64,000 nucleotides of DNA from Candidatus Bathyarchaeia archaeon (GTDB lineage: Archaea > Thermoproteota > Bathyarchaeia > TCS64), in NCBI GenBank assembly GCA_050014495.1, contig JBEKDF010000002.1, forward strand, positions 96,001-160,000. Direction: 5' to 3'. The translations under genes and the position numbers were made by a program. This document shows, piece by piece, positions 27,894 to 37,768 of the stretch (the stretch's first letter is position 1; every line of letters starts with the position of its first letter). The notes under the pieces are model-generated. The model was not told where the DNA came from, made no database searches, and worked only from the letters and a program-made list of their open reading frames with translations.

Positions 27894-29188
27894 GGTCTGT
27901 AGCTCCTCACGAAGTCCTCGGTCGCGAATAGGTAATTGTCGACATCCTCAGTTGTGTGGGGGCTGCTTATCCAGCAGTGGCTCACGTTCGGGTTGAGGAA
28001 GACTATACCCTTATCAAGCATGTTTGTGAAGTACGCCTTCGTGGCGGCCAAATCGTTTTTGGATGTGTCCGAGGCGTTGCGGGGGATCTTCGCCTGGAAG
28101 TGGATGGCGAAGGTTGAGCCGACGCCTGTAACCGTTGCGGGCAGCTTTCCTCTCTCAAAGACGTCTTCGAGTCCGTCTCTCATTCGCCTCCCCAGCTTGT
28201 CGATGCTGATGTAGATCTTCCCATCCTTGAGGAGATCTAGAGTCATACAGCCCGCGATCATGCTCACGGGATTGCCCGTGAATGTGCCACCGTGGGCGAC
28301 GCGTTCCTCCGTCTTCGGATACTTTCTCTGGTCTATGAGTTCCATTATATCGGCTGGGCCGCAGAAGGCTCCGATGGGGAAACCCCCCCCTATGATCTTG
28401 CCGAGGATGGTCAGATCGGGTTTGACTCCGTAGAGCTCCTGGGCTCCCCCCGGGGCTAGGCGGAACCCCGTCACCACCTCGTCGAAGACTAGTAGGGTCC
28501 CGGTCTCGTCGCAGACTTCCCGTAACCCCTGTAGGTAGCCTGGCTCTGGTGTGATGAAGCCCGCGGCTGCCATCACCGGCTCTAGAATAATGCATGCATA
28601 TTCCCTGGTTCTGATGCGTTTTTTAGCTGCCTCTAGGTCGTTGAAGGGAACCGCATCTGTATCCTCGGTCGTCTTCGGGTTCAACCCCGCTGACTCCGAT
28701 TTCGTGTATGGATAGGTCACCGCTTTGTGGAGGCTATCATATCCCCCATGCCATCCCCCCTCTACCTTGAGCATCTTCATCCTGTTAGCGTATGCTCGGG
28801 CAAGGCGGGTCCCATACATGTTAGCCTCAGTCCCGCTCGTGCAGTATCTCACCATCTCCGCCGAGGGGACGTTTCTCACGATCCTCTCCGCCAGCTCGAT
28901 CTCAAGCTCGTGGCTGAATCCTATGTGGGTCCCTTTGGGTAGCTGCTTCTTCACGGCGTCCATCACCCTCCGTGGGCTGTGACCCAGGATCAGCGCGCCG
29001 TGGCCCACCCAGTAGTCCGTGTACTCGTTCCCATCCACGTCTCTGAGCTTTACGCCCTGGGCTTCCTCAACGAAGAATGGGTATGGAGGAAGTGCACGTA
29101 TCCCATAGCTAACACCGGAAGGTAGAACCTTGCAGGCCCTATCAAACAACTCCTTTGACTTCAGTGTCTTCCTAGCGAAACCGCTCAT
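27890..29188 (-). CDS. Glutamate-1-semialdehyde aminomutase-like class III PLP enzyme
   Basis: SGTEANM, GGWHGGYD, FDEVVTGFR, GKIIGGGFPIGA, GTFTGNPVSM. Confidence 0.85.
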   Translation of the reverse strand: MSGFARKTLKSKELFDRACKVLPSGVSYGIRALPPYPFFVEEAQGVKLRDVDGNEYTDYWVGHGALILGHSPRRVMDAVKKQLPKGTHIGFSHELEIELAERIVRNVPSAEMVRYCTSGTEANMYGTRLARAYANRMKMLKVEGGWHGGYDSLHKAVTYPYTKSESAGLNPKTTEDTDAVPFNDLEAAKKRIRTREYACIILEPVMAAAGFITPEPGYLQGLREVCDETGTLLVFDEVVTGFRLAPGGAQELYGVKPDLTILGKIIGGGFPIGAFCGPADIMELIDQRKYPKTEERVAHGGTFTGNPVSMIAGCMTLDLLKDGKIYISIDKLGRRMRDGLEDVFERGKLPATVTGVGSTFAIHFQAKIPRNASDTSKNDLAATKAYFTNMLDKGIVFLNPNVSHCWISSPHTTEDVDNYLFATEDFVRSYRP

Positions 29189-29599
29189 CAGGTACCCCAG
29201 CCATGGGATACGGGTCTCACGTATTAATTATTTTTAACGGGATTTTTAATTGATTTAATGGGGAATGACTTTCGGGGTCGTTTATAAACGTCATTATGTT
29301 TGGTGATGTGGTTTTCACCTTTTGATCTTAGAAATTTTTAAACTATTACGAATGAAAGCAAAGCTAATGATTTCGTCACAAGCTGTGCGTGTATAATGAC
29401 CAAATTACCCTTCAACACCGATACTATCGGTAGTTATAATCTATTTACCTAAACCAACCGATATTTCTGCCGGATTGGATACTGATATACTGATCATGCA
29501 AGGATCGAAGGCGACATAGAGCTGTTCTAAATACTAGCATTCGCGCACTCGAGATTAGATGTGTATACTATCAAATAACTGAGAATCGTTAGGGTATAA

Positions 29600-30490
29600 G
29601 TGGTGACTACCCTGCAATTGAGCTCCAAGATAGCTGTCGTCGCCGCTCTCTCTCTCGGCGCAATCATGCTAGCCGCCCTAACCATAATGCAGACACCAAA
29701 CTTCAACACAAGAACAATCCAAGTTGAATACGTCGGGTACAAAGATTTCAAGGAACTAGCCGAATCCGCCAAAGTGATCGTGACGGGAACCGTCGAATCG
29801 ATCAAGTCCACAAGCAACGCCAGCGCCCAGATCCCGTCCACAACCTTCGAGGTGAAGATCGAGAGAATATCCAAGCTCTCCCCAGACGGGGGAATGGGAA
29901 CAGTCATGGTTCAACAGTTCGGCTCCAAGAGTGGAAGATTCACGGTGGAGGAAGCCGATAACCCCTTGATGAAGATGGGCGACGAGTACGTGTTCTTCCT
30001 CGTAGGCGGAGAGGATAATGGCTGGCAAGTTCCCTACGGAACAACCGGGCCATACGGGAAATTCCAAGTCATCTCAGGCACCATTTACCCACTCAGCCAA
30101 AGCTGGTCACGGTATCAGGGGATGAGCCTGTATCAGTTCCTCGGCGAGGTGGATTCCGCACTCGGAGTCAAGACGACCTACTCGTCCCTCTGGGAGGCCA
30201 AACCTGAGATAGTGAATCAGACCGAATGGAAGATCCTACCTCCATCGGAGTATCCCGCCCCCGTTTGGCTTCTGGAGACGTGGATCGGGAAGATCGGTCT
30301 CCATTGGGATGAGCTGTCGAAGAAGGGTGTCATCCTCTGGTCCTGTGGTCGTGTGGGGAATGGGAAGCTACTGGTAAGCATGGATGTTGTCTCAAATGAG
30401 ACCGTGAGTACCTTCATGGAAACGATTCAGGGCGAGGTCCCACCCGGAATACTTATGATAGCAAAGGGTTCGCCAGCTATAGCGGTCTAG
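29600..30490 (+). CDS. Membrane-anchored/secreted hypothetical protein
   Basis: N-terminal hydrophobic helix; ELAESAKVIVTGTV...GDEYVFFL extracellular domain; C-terminal domain shared with 34521..35138. Confidence 0.75.
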   Translation: MVTTLQLSSKIAVVAALSLGAIMLAALTIMQTPNFNTRTIQVEYVGYKDFKELAESAKVIVTGTVESIKSTSNASAQIPSTTFEVKIERISKLSPDGGMGTVMVQQFGSKSGRFTVEEADNPLMKMGDEYVFFLVGGEDNGWQVPYGTTGPYGKFQVISGTIYPLSQSWSRYQGMSLYQFLGEVDSALGVKTTYSSLWEAKPEIVNQTEWKILPPSEYPAPVWLLETWIGKIGLHWDELSKKGVILWSCGRVGNGKLLVSMDVVSNETVSTFMETIQGEVPPGILMIAKGSPAIAV

Positions 30491-30505
30491 ATTACATTCT
30501 ATGCT

Positions 30506-30910
30506 TTAGTTGAAGACATTCGTGTGCAGTGCGCGAGATATGTTGAGATAAGTTGGATTGCTAGATGCGACTTCAATTATTAACGCGTCGTAGCCCGCGT
30601 TTCTTATTCCGTCTGCGAACCAACCTGAACAGTTACCCTCACCCCATATTTGGGTCAGTGGCGATTTGCCGGCCACTACGAATCTCGTGTCTCCTGGTAT
30701 CCCCGTTTTATTGATGGGGCCCAGGGCGAAGACGAGTTTATTTTTTGGGCCAAGTGGATCTATCCTTGGTTTCAACTCTTTATAGAGTAGATCGATGGCT
30801 AGTCCTTTTCCGCCGACGAAGAATCTTGCATCTTTTTCATTAAATTTTTCGTTAATAGTCTTCCCATTTGTTAGGTTAACTCTCAAAATTTTCCCATGCA
30901 TTCCAAACAT
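30506..30910 (-). pseudogene. N-terminal fragment of an aldehyde:ferredoxin oxidoreductase (AOR family)
   Basis: GKILRVNLT, FVGGKGLA, DPLGPKNKL, KSPLT, AGYDALII. Similarity ends at PTYLNI (about 30536), far short of a full AOR. Confidence 0.85.
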
Positions 30911-31043
30911 TTATCTGCCAAACTTTTCATCCCAAAAATGATTATTTAACATTATGCGCCAGTTCTTGTTTTAATGTTCTGAGCTGTAACCCTGAATGGC
31001 TTGCGCATGAGAAAAAACCTGCGCGCGCGAAAAAATGAGTAAT

Positions 31044-32633
31044 TTATGCCTTATATACGACTAACCCGTCAAGGATCGTTATCCAGGCCTTGCTCCGCTT
31101 CATCATTCTCTCCATCTTCTCAACCGTCTCAGGCTTAGTGTCTTTGAGCTTGAACCAATCACCGGTAATATCCCCATCAAAGATCGCGATATCCGCCAAC
31201 TTCCCACGTTCAATCGTGCCCCTTATGGCCTCCTCACGCGCGACGTAAGCACCCTCGTACGTGAAGCAGCGAACAGCCTCCTCAACGGATATTCTGCTGC
31301 CGGGCTGGGGATGGTTAACTGCGGACCAGATCCCATAAAGCGGGTGGAATGGCATCCCATCTGAGCCAAATGGCATATGAAAGCCTAGGTCAAGGAGACA
31401 CCTGTATGGGTTTCCCCTCGCCAGCCTCTTCCTACCGATCCTCATTTCATACATCCCACCAGGCCAGCCCCACTCACCAACGAAGTTGGGCTGCATCGAC
31501 GCGACGACCCCGAGACGCTGCGCCCTCTCAATGTCATCATCGGTTGGGTACTCGAAGTGCTCTATCCGGTACCGATGATCTGGGCGTGGGTCAAACTTTA
31601 GTGCTTCCTCTATCCTATCGATAGCCTCAGTGCAAGCGCGGTCGCCAATCGCGTGAATCGCCACTTCACCTTTCTTTGCGTGCTGCTCAAGGACCACCCT
31701 CTTATTCCTCTCCTGGTCGCCCACGTATACTCCGCAGGTCGAGGGGTTGTCGGCGTATGGCTCATACATCAGAGCAGTTTGGGCCCCAGCTGAACCATCG
31801 ATGCCTATCTTCAGGGTGCCAAATGTGAGCCACTGATCACCCGACCACTCACGAGGGTACCATGTCATGACGTGGCAGCGGAGGTGAAGGTCATTCTCCT
31901 TTCGCGCATCAACGTAGGGCTTAGTGGAGAGATGAGGCGCAGATTCATCGGGTCGGCTGCAGTCGGTGATACCCGTGCAGCCTAAGCTGTGAGCGAGGGC
32001 AGATGCGTCGCGGAGGCCTTTCCTCAATTCCTCGTTGGTGGGAGGAGGTATATACGGCGTGACGAGGTCCCTAGCGTCTCTTAAGACACCGGTGGGCTTA
32101 CCCAATTCATCCTTATCAACGACGCCTCCGGGGGGGTTGTGTGTGTCCCTTGTAATTCCGCATACCTCCAGGGCTCTGGTGTTTAGGACAATCATGTGAC
32201 CGCAGATGCGCGTCAACGCGACCGGATTGTCAGGTGACGCCTGGTCGAGGTCGTGCCTAGTGGGGTACCTTCTCTCTCTAAGGTTCTGGTCGTCCCACTG
32301 TCGTCCCTGGACCCATTTGTCTCTGGGTACACCCCTAGTTGAGATGTAGTCTCTTAGTCCCTCTACAATTTCTCTAATGGATGTGGCATCCCGGAGTTGG
32401 AGGTGGGTTAGGGAGTATCCCATTCCGAGGAAGTGGGTGTGGGAGTCGATTAGGCCAGGCACAACGGTCTTCTCGGCCGCGTCAATGACCTCCGCACCTG
32501 CAGGGATCTTGACATCATTTCTTCTCCCGACGGCTATAATCCTGTTACCCTCGAGGATGACTGTCGCGTCATTGAGGGCGGGTCTACCAGTGCCATCTAT
32601 TAGGCACCCACATAGAATGGCTTTCGTTCCGAT
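31044..32633 (-). CDS. Amidohydrolase (YtcJ / amidohydrolase_3 family); start codon unclear
   Basis: PGLIDSHTH, HAIGDRA, RIEH, GSDG. The frame extends 57 codons upstream of the track start (GTKAILCGCLIDGTG...VIDAAEKTVV) to ATC 32633; an in-frame stop lies a few codons further upstream. Confidence 0.88.
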   Translation of the reverse strand: MGTKAILCGCLIDGTGRPALNDATVILEGNRIIAVGRRNDVKIPAGAEVIDAAEKTVVPGLIDSHTHFLGMGYSLTHLQLRDATSIREIVEGLRDYISTRGVPRDKWVQGRQWDDQNLRERRYPTRHDLDQASPDNPVALTRICGHMIVLNTRALEVCGITRDTHNPPGGVVDKDELGKPTGVLRDARDLVTPYIPPPTNEELRKGLRDASALAHSLGCTGITDCSRPDESAPHLSTKPYVDARKENDLHLRCHVMTWYPREWSGDQWLTFGTLKIGIDGSAGAQTALMYEPYADNPSTCGVYVGDQERNKRVVLEQHAKKGEVAIHAIGDRACTEAIDRIEEALKFDPRPDHRYRIEHFEYPTDDDIERAQRLGVVASMQPNFVGEWGWPGGMYEMRIGRKRLARGNPYRCLLDLGFHMPFGSDGMPFHPLYGIWSAVNHPQPGSRISVEEAVRCFTYEGAYVAREEAIRGTIERGKLADIAIFDGDITGDWFKLKDTKPETVEKMERMMKRSKAWITILDGLVVYKA

Positions 32634-32735
32634 GGTTTGTCGCCATATTTTTTATGGTTACTAATGTTTTTAATGCTTCGTACAATTTTTAGTCGCGCGC
32701 GGATATATTGATCGCATCTTCCCTAAAAAAAGGCC

Positions 32736-32912
32736 TCATTGGGTTAGAGTTCCATCATACATCTAGTGCATCAGCTCCCTCGTATTCTCGAGGGTCAGTT
32801 TCCTGGGGTTGAATCTGGGGAGGCTGTAGAGTTGCTGGCGTTCTTTGAAGATGTACTCTGCGAACTCATCGATCTCGCTTTCGGAGATGCCGAGTTGTTT
32901 CAGATTGGCAGG
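32736..32912 (-). pseudogene. C-terminal remnant of an iron-containing alcohol dehydrogenase-like gene
   Basis: Hand translation PANLKQLGISESEIDEFAEYIFKERQQLYSLPRFNPRKLTLENTRELMH*MYDG matches the PxxLxxLG...NPR C-terminal signature. No start codon; begins at a GCGCGCGCGC tract. Confidence 0.7.
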
Positions 32913-33006
32913 CGCGCGCGCAAGTGAGGCAACATGAATGCTCAGATTGCGAGATATCTAAAATGGGCAGCTCGGAATATTCTCTGGTATCTTCTTCTAC
33001 TGCATT

Positions 33007-33255
33007 TTGATTCCCGTCTATCAATTCATATTATGGCTATCTCCCTTAATCGAGTTCACAATAATCGTCATGATCATAGGACTCATAGTATCCTTTGACA
33101 AAGAAAATAGAGATGAAAATCTAGGCAAAATTCTCACCATAGGAGCAGTTTTGGCTTCCATAGGTGCAGTTTTGTACTTTATTTGGAGTTTAGTGAAGAA
33201 GAAGCAGAGCGATGGAAGAAGAAATGTCAATGCTGATTATAGAGTGAAAGAATAA
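33007..33255 (+). CDS. Small membrane protein, possibly a degraded gene
   Basis: Two hydrophobic helices; the hydrophobic frame continues upstream to a stop, so the start is uncertain. Confidence 0.45.
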   Translation: MIPVYQFILWLSPLIEFTIIVMIIGLIVSFDKENRDENLGKILTIGAVLASIGAVLYFIWSLVKKKQSDGRRNVNADYRVKE

Positions 33256-33429
33256 GCTCTACGCTTCGATGAAGAAAACATCAGTCGTAATAGTCGCGGA
33301 TCTTCTTTCCCTCCCCACAATCTGCTCACACGCAGAGTCGTTATTGAGAGCCACACATCCCTTGAATAGACCCAGACTAGGACTCTCGTAGGATTGCCGA
33401 TAAAACGTATCAGCAAGAAAACTTGTACA

Positions 33430-33966
33430 ATGAGTGATCGAACCATGAAAACCGACGTCGAGTACCTAGAGTATGCTTGGCCCATGAGACAGTTCCTCAT
33501 CACGACTGGAAGTATCAAGGGAAAATCAAATATAATTACGGTCAGCTTCTGCATGCCGGTATCTAAGCAACCACCCCTCCTTGTCTGCGCAATAGGAACC
33601 GGGTTCTGCTCAGCCAAGCTAATAAACGAAAACCGCGAGTTCGTCGTGAACGTGCCTCCCCCGGAGCTGAAACGGCAGATATACTACTGCGGCTACCACT
33701 CAGGATACGATGTCGACAAGTTCAAGGAGACGGGTCTGACTCCAAAACCCGCCCGCCTCGTGAATGCACCCATCATCGATGAGTGCGTGGCGCACATGGA
33801 GTGTAAGGTCAGACAGGAAGTAGAGACTGGTGACAAGACGCTGTTCGTCGGTGAGGTAGTAGAAGCCTACGCTGACGTGGCTCTTGTAAGAGGGGAACGT
33901 GGGTTCGAGCACGGGAAAGGCGAGTTCCCGAGGGCCAGGTATGCCACTAGGTTCAACCTGAAATAG
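33430..33966 (+). CDS. Flavin reductase-like protein
   Basis: PVSKQPPLL, EFVVNVP, SGYDVDKF, APIIDECVAHMECKV, GDKTLFVGEV. Start at ATG 33430 or 33445. Confidence 0.9.
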   Translation: MSDRTMKTDVEYLEYAWPMRQFLITTGSIKGKSNIITVSFCMPVSKQPPLLVCAIGTGFCSAKLINENREFVVNVPPPELKRQIYYCGYHSGYDVDKFKETGLTPKPARLVNAPIIDECVAHMECKVRQEVETGDKTLFVGEVVEAYADVALVRGERGFEHGKGEFPRARYATRFNLK

Positions 33967-34520
33967 AATGCCCTCAGAACATGAGATCTCTTTTAGCGCG
34001 CGCAAGTGATAAGATGTGCACCTAATCTAAAACGCTCACTTCTCTTCCCTCTTCTCTAATCCCAACACTAATCGAGGCGGCCTTATGCTCCGCGTTGAAA
34101 CCTATCTTACAATTTCGCGCGCGCGGAGTGGATTCTACACATTCGCCTTTAGAAGGATCAGACCAGTCATAAGTGCAAGTTTTGAGACTGCCATCATGTG
34201 GGGGCCAAGGAGATGGGAACCTGGGATGATTTAGTCTTAATGGTTAGAACACCATAGCGCGTGCATAATAATTATAGATAATAAATTCAACATCCCATAC
34301 AATTGAGTCTCGTGCGCAAAATGATATAGGCTGTAACTCTTTGAACATTCTTCAATTCAGACCAGACCATCCTGAGCCTTATGGCTTAACAGAGCGATAC
34401 TTGAGCCAAATTTGTATATGGCATATCTTAACTCTAGGGCACTGTACAGAATATTCAAACCACATCTCTAAAAACCCAGAGAGCTAGATCAGAGCAGGAG
34501 ATTCGACAACGTCAAAACCG

Positions 34521-35138
34521 ATGTGGATCACTGTTTGCGTCCTCGTAGCAATCATAATTACAGGAGCCACCTCGCCCCACTCCCCCCATCCATCGCCTTC
34601 CCCCGAGAACTCTTACGGTACCCAGATGAACGTGAAGGATGTGCCACCAAACACGTTATGGTGGATGAAAGGATCAACTACCAACGATAACGGACCGGAG
34701 CTAAACTACGCCGAGAAGCTTCTATCACTTGTAAATAATGAGTCTCGCTCAGACCTTCGAGCCGTCTATGGGAATTGTTTCGTAAACCCAGGTAACACGA
34801 CACTGTTCATCGTCTTGACGCGGTGCGATTCGGAGACAACCGCATTGTTCAATAAGGCCCTTGATCCTCTGCAGGATGTCCACATAGTCTACAGGACGGG
34901 CCCAGCGACTCACGTGGAGCTTGAGCGATACATGGAGGAGCTTGGGAGTGTCGTTTCGAGGCTTCCGAGAGACGTGGTTGAGATCAACTCCTACAGCATC
35001 TCTGAGAATGCAACGATCCTCGTCGGTATGGGTAAGATCTCGCAGTCGTCAGTGACTGCTTTCGCAGATGCCATAAGGGGCATCATCCCGGAGGAGTTGA
35101 TCGTAATTAGACACATGGATATGGCCGTGTTAGTGTAA
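34521..35138 (+). CDS. Membrane-anchored/secreted hypothetical protein
   Basis: N-terminal hydrophobic segment and Pro/Ser linker; the C-terminal ~78 aa align without gaps to the C-terminus of 29600..30490. Confidence 0.7.
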   Translation: MWITVCVLVAIIITGATSPHSPHPSPSPENSYGTQMNVKDVPPNTLWWMKGSTTNDNGPELNYAEKLLSLVNNESRSDLRAVYGNCFVNPGNTTLFIVLTRCDSETTALFNKALDPLQDVHIVYRTGPATHVELERYMEELGSVVSRLPRDVVEINSYSISENATILVGMGKISQSSVTAFADAIRGIIPEELIVIRHMDMAVLV

Positions 35139-35306
35139 ACGGAAAAGGGCGTGCATGCGGATTCGGTTTAAAAAAACTTAGCGCGAGCACGCGCTCTATT
35201 ATAGAGGGGTGCGCGCACGCACGTGTATGAGCTTCTTGCGCAATCGCAATGATATAACCGGATGATCTCTTAGTAGCGAACTCGCATTATTGTTTTCAGG
35301 AACCAT

Positions 35307-35462
35307 TTAGCCACGATGGAATGTCTCATGACATTTAAGACATACAAGAACTTGTGTTCTATGGTCGGCTAAATCGATTCCAGCAACGATTGATTTGATT
35401 GCCCCGCATGCTGGGCAGTTATCTCCCCACCTAACTTTCTTTTCAGTATTTGAATTATCCAT
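35307..35462 (-). CDS. Small zinc-ribbon protein (51 aa)
   Basis: Hand translation: MDNSNTEKKVRWGDNCPACGAIKSIVAGIDLADHRTQVLVCLKCHETFHRG (two CxxC). Confidence 0.6.
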   Translation of the reverse strand: MDNSNTEKKVRWGDNCPACGAIKSIVAGIDLADHRTQVLVCLKCHETFHRG

Positions 35463-35649
35463 CAAAAAGGCCTCGATTAGGTTGAGAAAAGCCTTACATT
35501 GCTGTTTATAAAACCAAGCATTCTGTTGTGGAAGTGTATAAACAGGCAGGAAGACCTATGAATTTACTGCCACATTAAATAAATGATAACCTACATGAAA
35601 TGCTCATGAACACTGCTTCACTTCAAGAGGATCATCATTGCGCGCGCGG

Positions 35650-35926
35650 GTCAAGAACGACCACCTAGGCTTCGAGATCCATTACGTGCACGGAGGCGTT
35701 CACCACAAGTATCGACCTGACTATATTATTCACTTTAACAAATGGTACCTACTTTATCTTAGAAGTGAAAGGCCAGCCAACCCAACAGGACCGCAGCAAG
35801 GAAATTGCATTGCAGGAGTGGATAGAGGCCGTGAATACACATGGTGGCTTCGGAAAATGGCTATACGCCCAATTCACTCATCCTAAAGATATCACGGATA
35901 TCATTACAAACTCGATAATAGCTTGA
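35650..35926 (+). pseudogene. C-terminal PD-(D/E)xK nuclease remnant of a type III restriction Res subunit, frameshifted
   Basis: VKNDHLGFEIHY...YRPDYIIH, then (frameshift at about 35735) LTNGTYFILEVKG...EWIEAVNTHGGFGKW. Begins at TGCGCGCGCG 35639-35648. Confidence 0.8.
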
Positions 35927-36029
35927 CACTAACTCGTGGTGTGACAGTCATTCTTTAAACCGCTTTTCAAGCTCCCATTTGACTGCTCTACCGAGTTGGG
36001 TTTTATAAAATCTTGAAGGTGGATTTTTT

Positions 36030-37484
36030 TTAGACATCCATGACCGCTTCGCTGGGTGAAAGTGGCGTATTATTGTTTGGCCTCCTCCCACGGAGAACAG
36101 AGGGTATGATGGCGATTGTGTTCAGTACTGCGAGATAGAGGTATGTTCTCTGGAGTGCCTCGACGAAGAGTAATTTGTCTGCGGCTGTTACATCCACTGG
36201 GCCTAGAGAGGTTATAATTTGGCTGAGTAGAGGATATGGGACTATTAGTGTCAACAAGATTATGGCGAGGTTTAGACTTATCGTGAAGCCGACGTTGAAC
36301 ATCGTATTTCTGAATGCGGATGCTACACCTCTCCTATCGGCTGGGACGGCACCCATAATGGAGCTCATGTTAGGCGAGCCGAATAGGCCTGTGCCTACAC
36401 CGAAGATCATCATGTAAACTAGAACCGTCAAATATGGGGTTGAGGCGTCCACGGTCGAGAAGAGGTAGAGTGAGAGGCTGGTAATGGCCAGTCCGCCCGT
36501 TGTGAAGAGGAAGGGCCCGAATTTATCTGAGAGTTTCCCGCTGAGTGCCCCGAAGGCGAGGCTTGCTAACTCGAATGGGATCAGCCTTATTCCAGCATCG
36601 AAGGGGCTGAGGCCAATAACTAGTTGTAGGTATAGGCTTAGGAGAAGTAGGACTGCTCCCCATGCTGCTGCATTGATTAGTTGGGCCGTGACGCCCCCGG
36701 TGAATTCCCTTATCCCGAGTAGGCGGAGGTCGAGGAGTGGGTGTTCCTGGCGTCTCTCGTAACTCACGAATGCGGCTATGCTTAGGATTGCGATGACGAG
36801 GAGTATGTATACGATGTCGCGGTCCACCATCCCGTAGGCATCGTACGTTAAGGCGAAGAGAAATGCGGTTATTGAGACGGTGAAGGTCAAGAAACCCACC
36901 CAATCGATCGGAGAACTTTTTTCGAGTATGCCAACTTCTTTGAGTCGTTTCCAAGCCCAGAAGATGCCGAAGATGCCGATGGGAACGTTGATGTAGAAGA
37001 GGGCTCTCCAGTCGAGGAGGGCGAGAAGGACCCCGCTGAGTGTGAGGCCAGCCATGGCTCCAAACCTGAAGGAGCTAAAGTTTAGGCCAAGGGCGAAGCC
37101 AAGCTCTTTGACAGGGGTGGCGTCCACTATCATCGCGACGCTGTTGACGCTGAGAATCCCCGATCCGACTCCTTGAAGGAACCTAAAAAAGATAACTTGT
37201 GTAGGGGTTCCTGAGAGACTGATTAGGGCTGATCCTAATGTGAAGAGGAAGAAACCTGAGATGTAGATCTTGACTCTTCCGAAGATGTCCGTTACTCTAC
37301 CGACTAGGAGAAGGATGATAGTGCTGCCGAGTGTGTATGACTGCGTAAACCAGATGGCTTGCTCGGCGTCTGCGCCGAGGGCTGCAGCGACCTGGGGGAG
37401 GCCGACGATGATTATTCGGGAGTCTATGCCAGCCATTAGCACCCCAATGGTGGTGACGGTGAGTACTGTCCACTTATAGTTCAA
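36030..37484 (-). CDS. MFS transporter, DHA2 (EmrB/QacA)-like, about 14 TM
   Basis: GRVTDIFGR, DWRALFYINVPIG, HPLLDLRL. Confidence 0.92.
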   Translation of the reverse strand: MNYKWTVLTVTTIGVLMAGIDSRIIIVGLPQVAAALGADAEQAIWFTQSYTLGSTIILLLVGRVTDIFGRVKIYISGFFLFTLGSALISLSGTPTQVIFFRFLQGVGSGILSVNSVAMIVDATPVKELGFALGLNFSSFRFGAMAGLTLSGVLLALLDWRALFYINVPIGIFGIFWAWKRLKEVGILEKSSPIDWVGFLTFTVSITAFLFALTYDAYGMVDRDIVYILLVIAILSIAAFVSYERRQEHPLLDLRLLGIREFTGGVTAQLINAAAWGAVLLLLSLYLQLVIGLSPFDAGIRLIPFELASLAFGALSGKLSDKFGPFLFTTGGLAITSLSLYLFSTVDASTPYLTVLVYMMIFGVGTGLFGSPNMSSIMGAVPADRRGVASAFRNTMFNVGFTISLNLAIILLTLIVPYPLLSQIITSLGPVDVTAADKLLFVEALQRTYLYLAVLNTIAIIPSVLRGRRPNNNTPLSPSEAVMDV

Positions 37485-37768
37485 ATCATATGCCTTCTGG
37501 GTTGACGAATAGGGTTCACGAGGTTGAACTTAAATCAGTATCATTGTCGCTGCATCGATCTGGTTTGTATTAGTGTCTTTGAGCTTCATTGATTTCGTTC
37601 TTAGAGGTTTTCCAGAGTTGTGGGAAATAGGGTAATGTGCTAATGAGGATCATATCATAAATTGATATTAACTATTTATTGGGATAGTAATCGCATTTCT
37701 TCGTGCGCGCAAAGTGATACTGTTCTAAACAGTAGCATTAAGTCACCGATGCCAAGGAGTAATCACTA

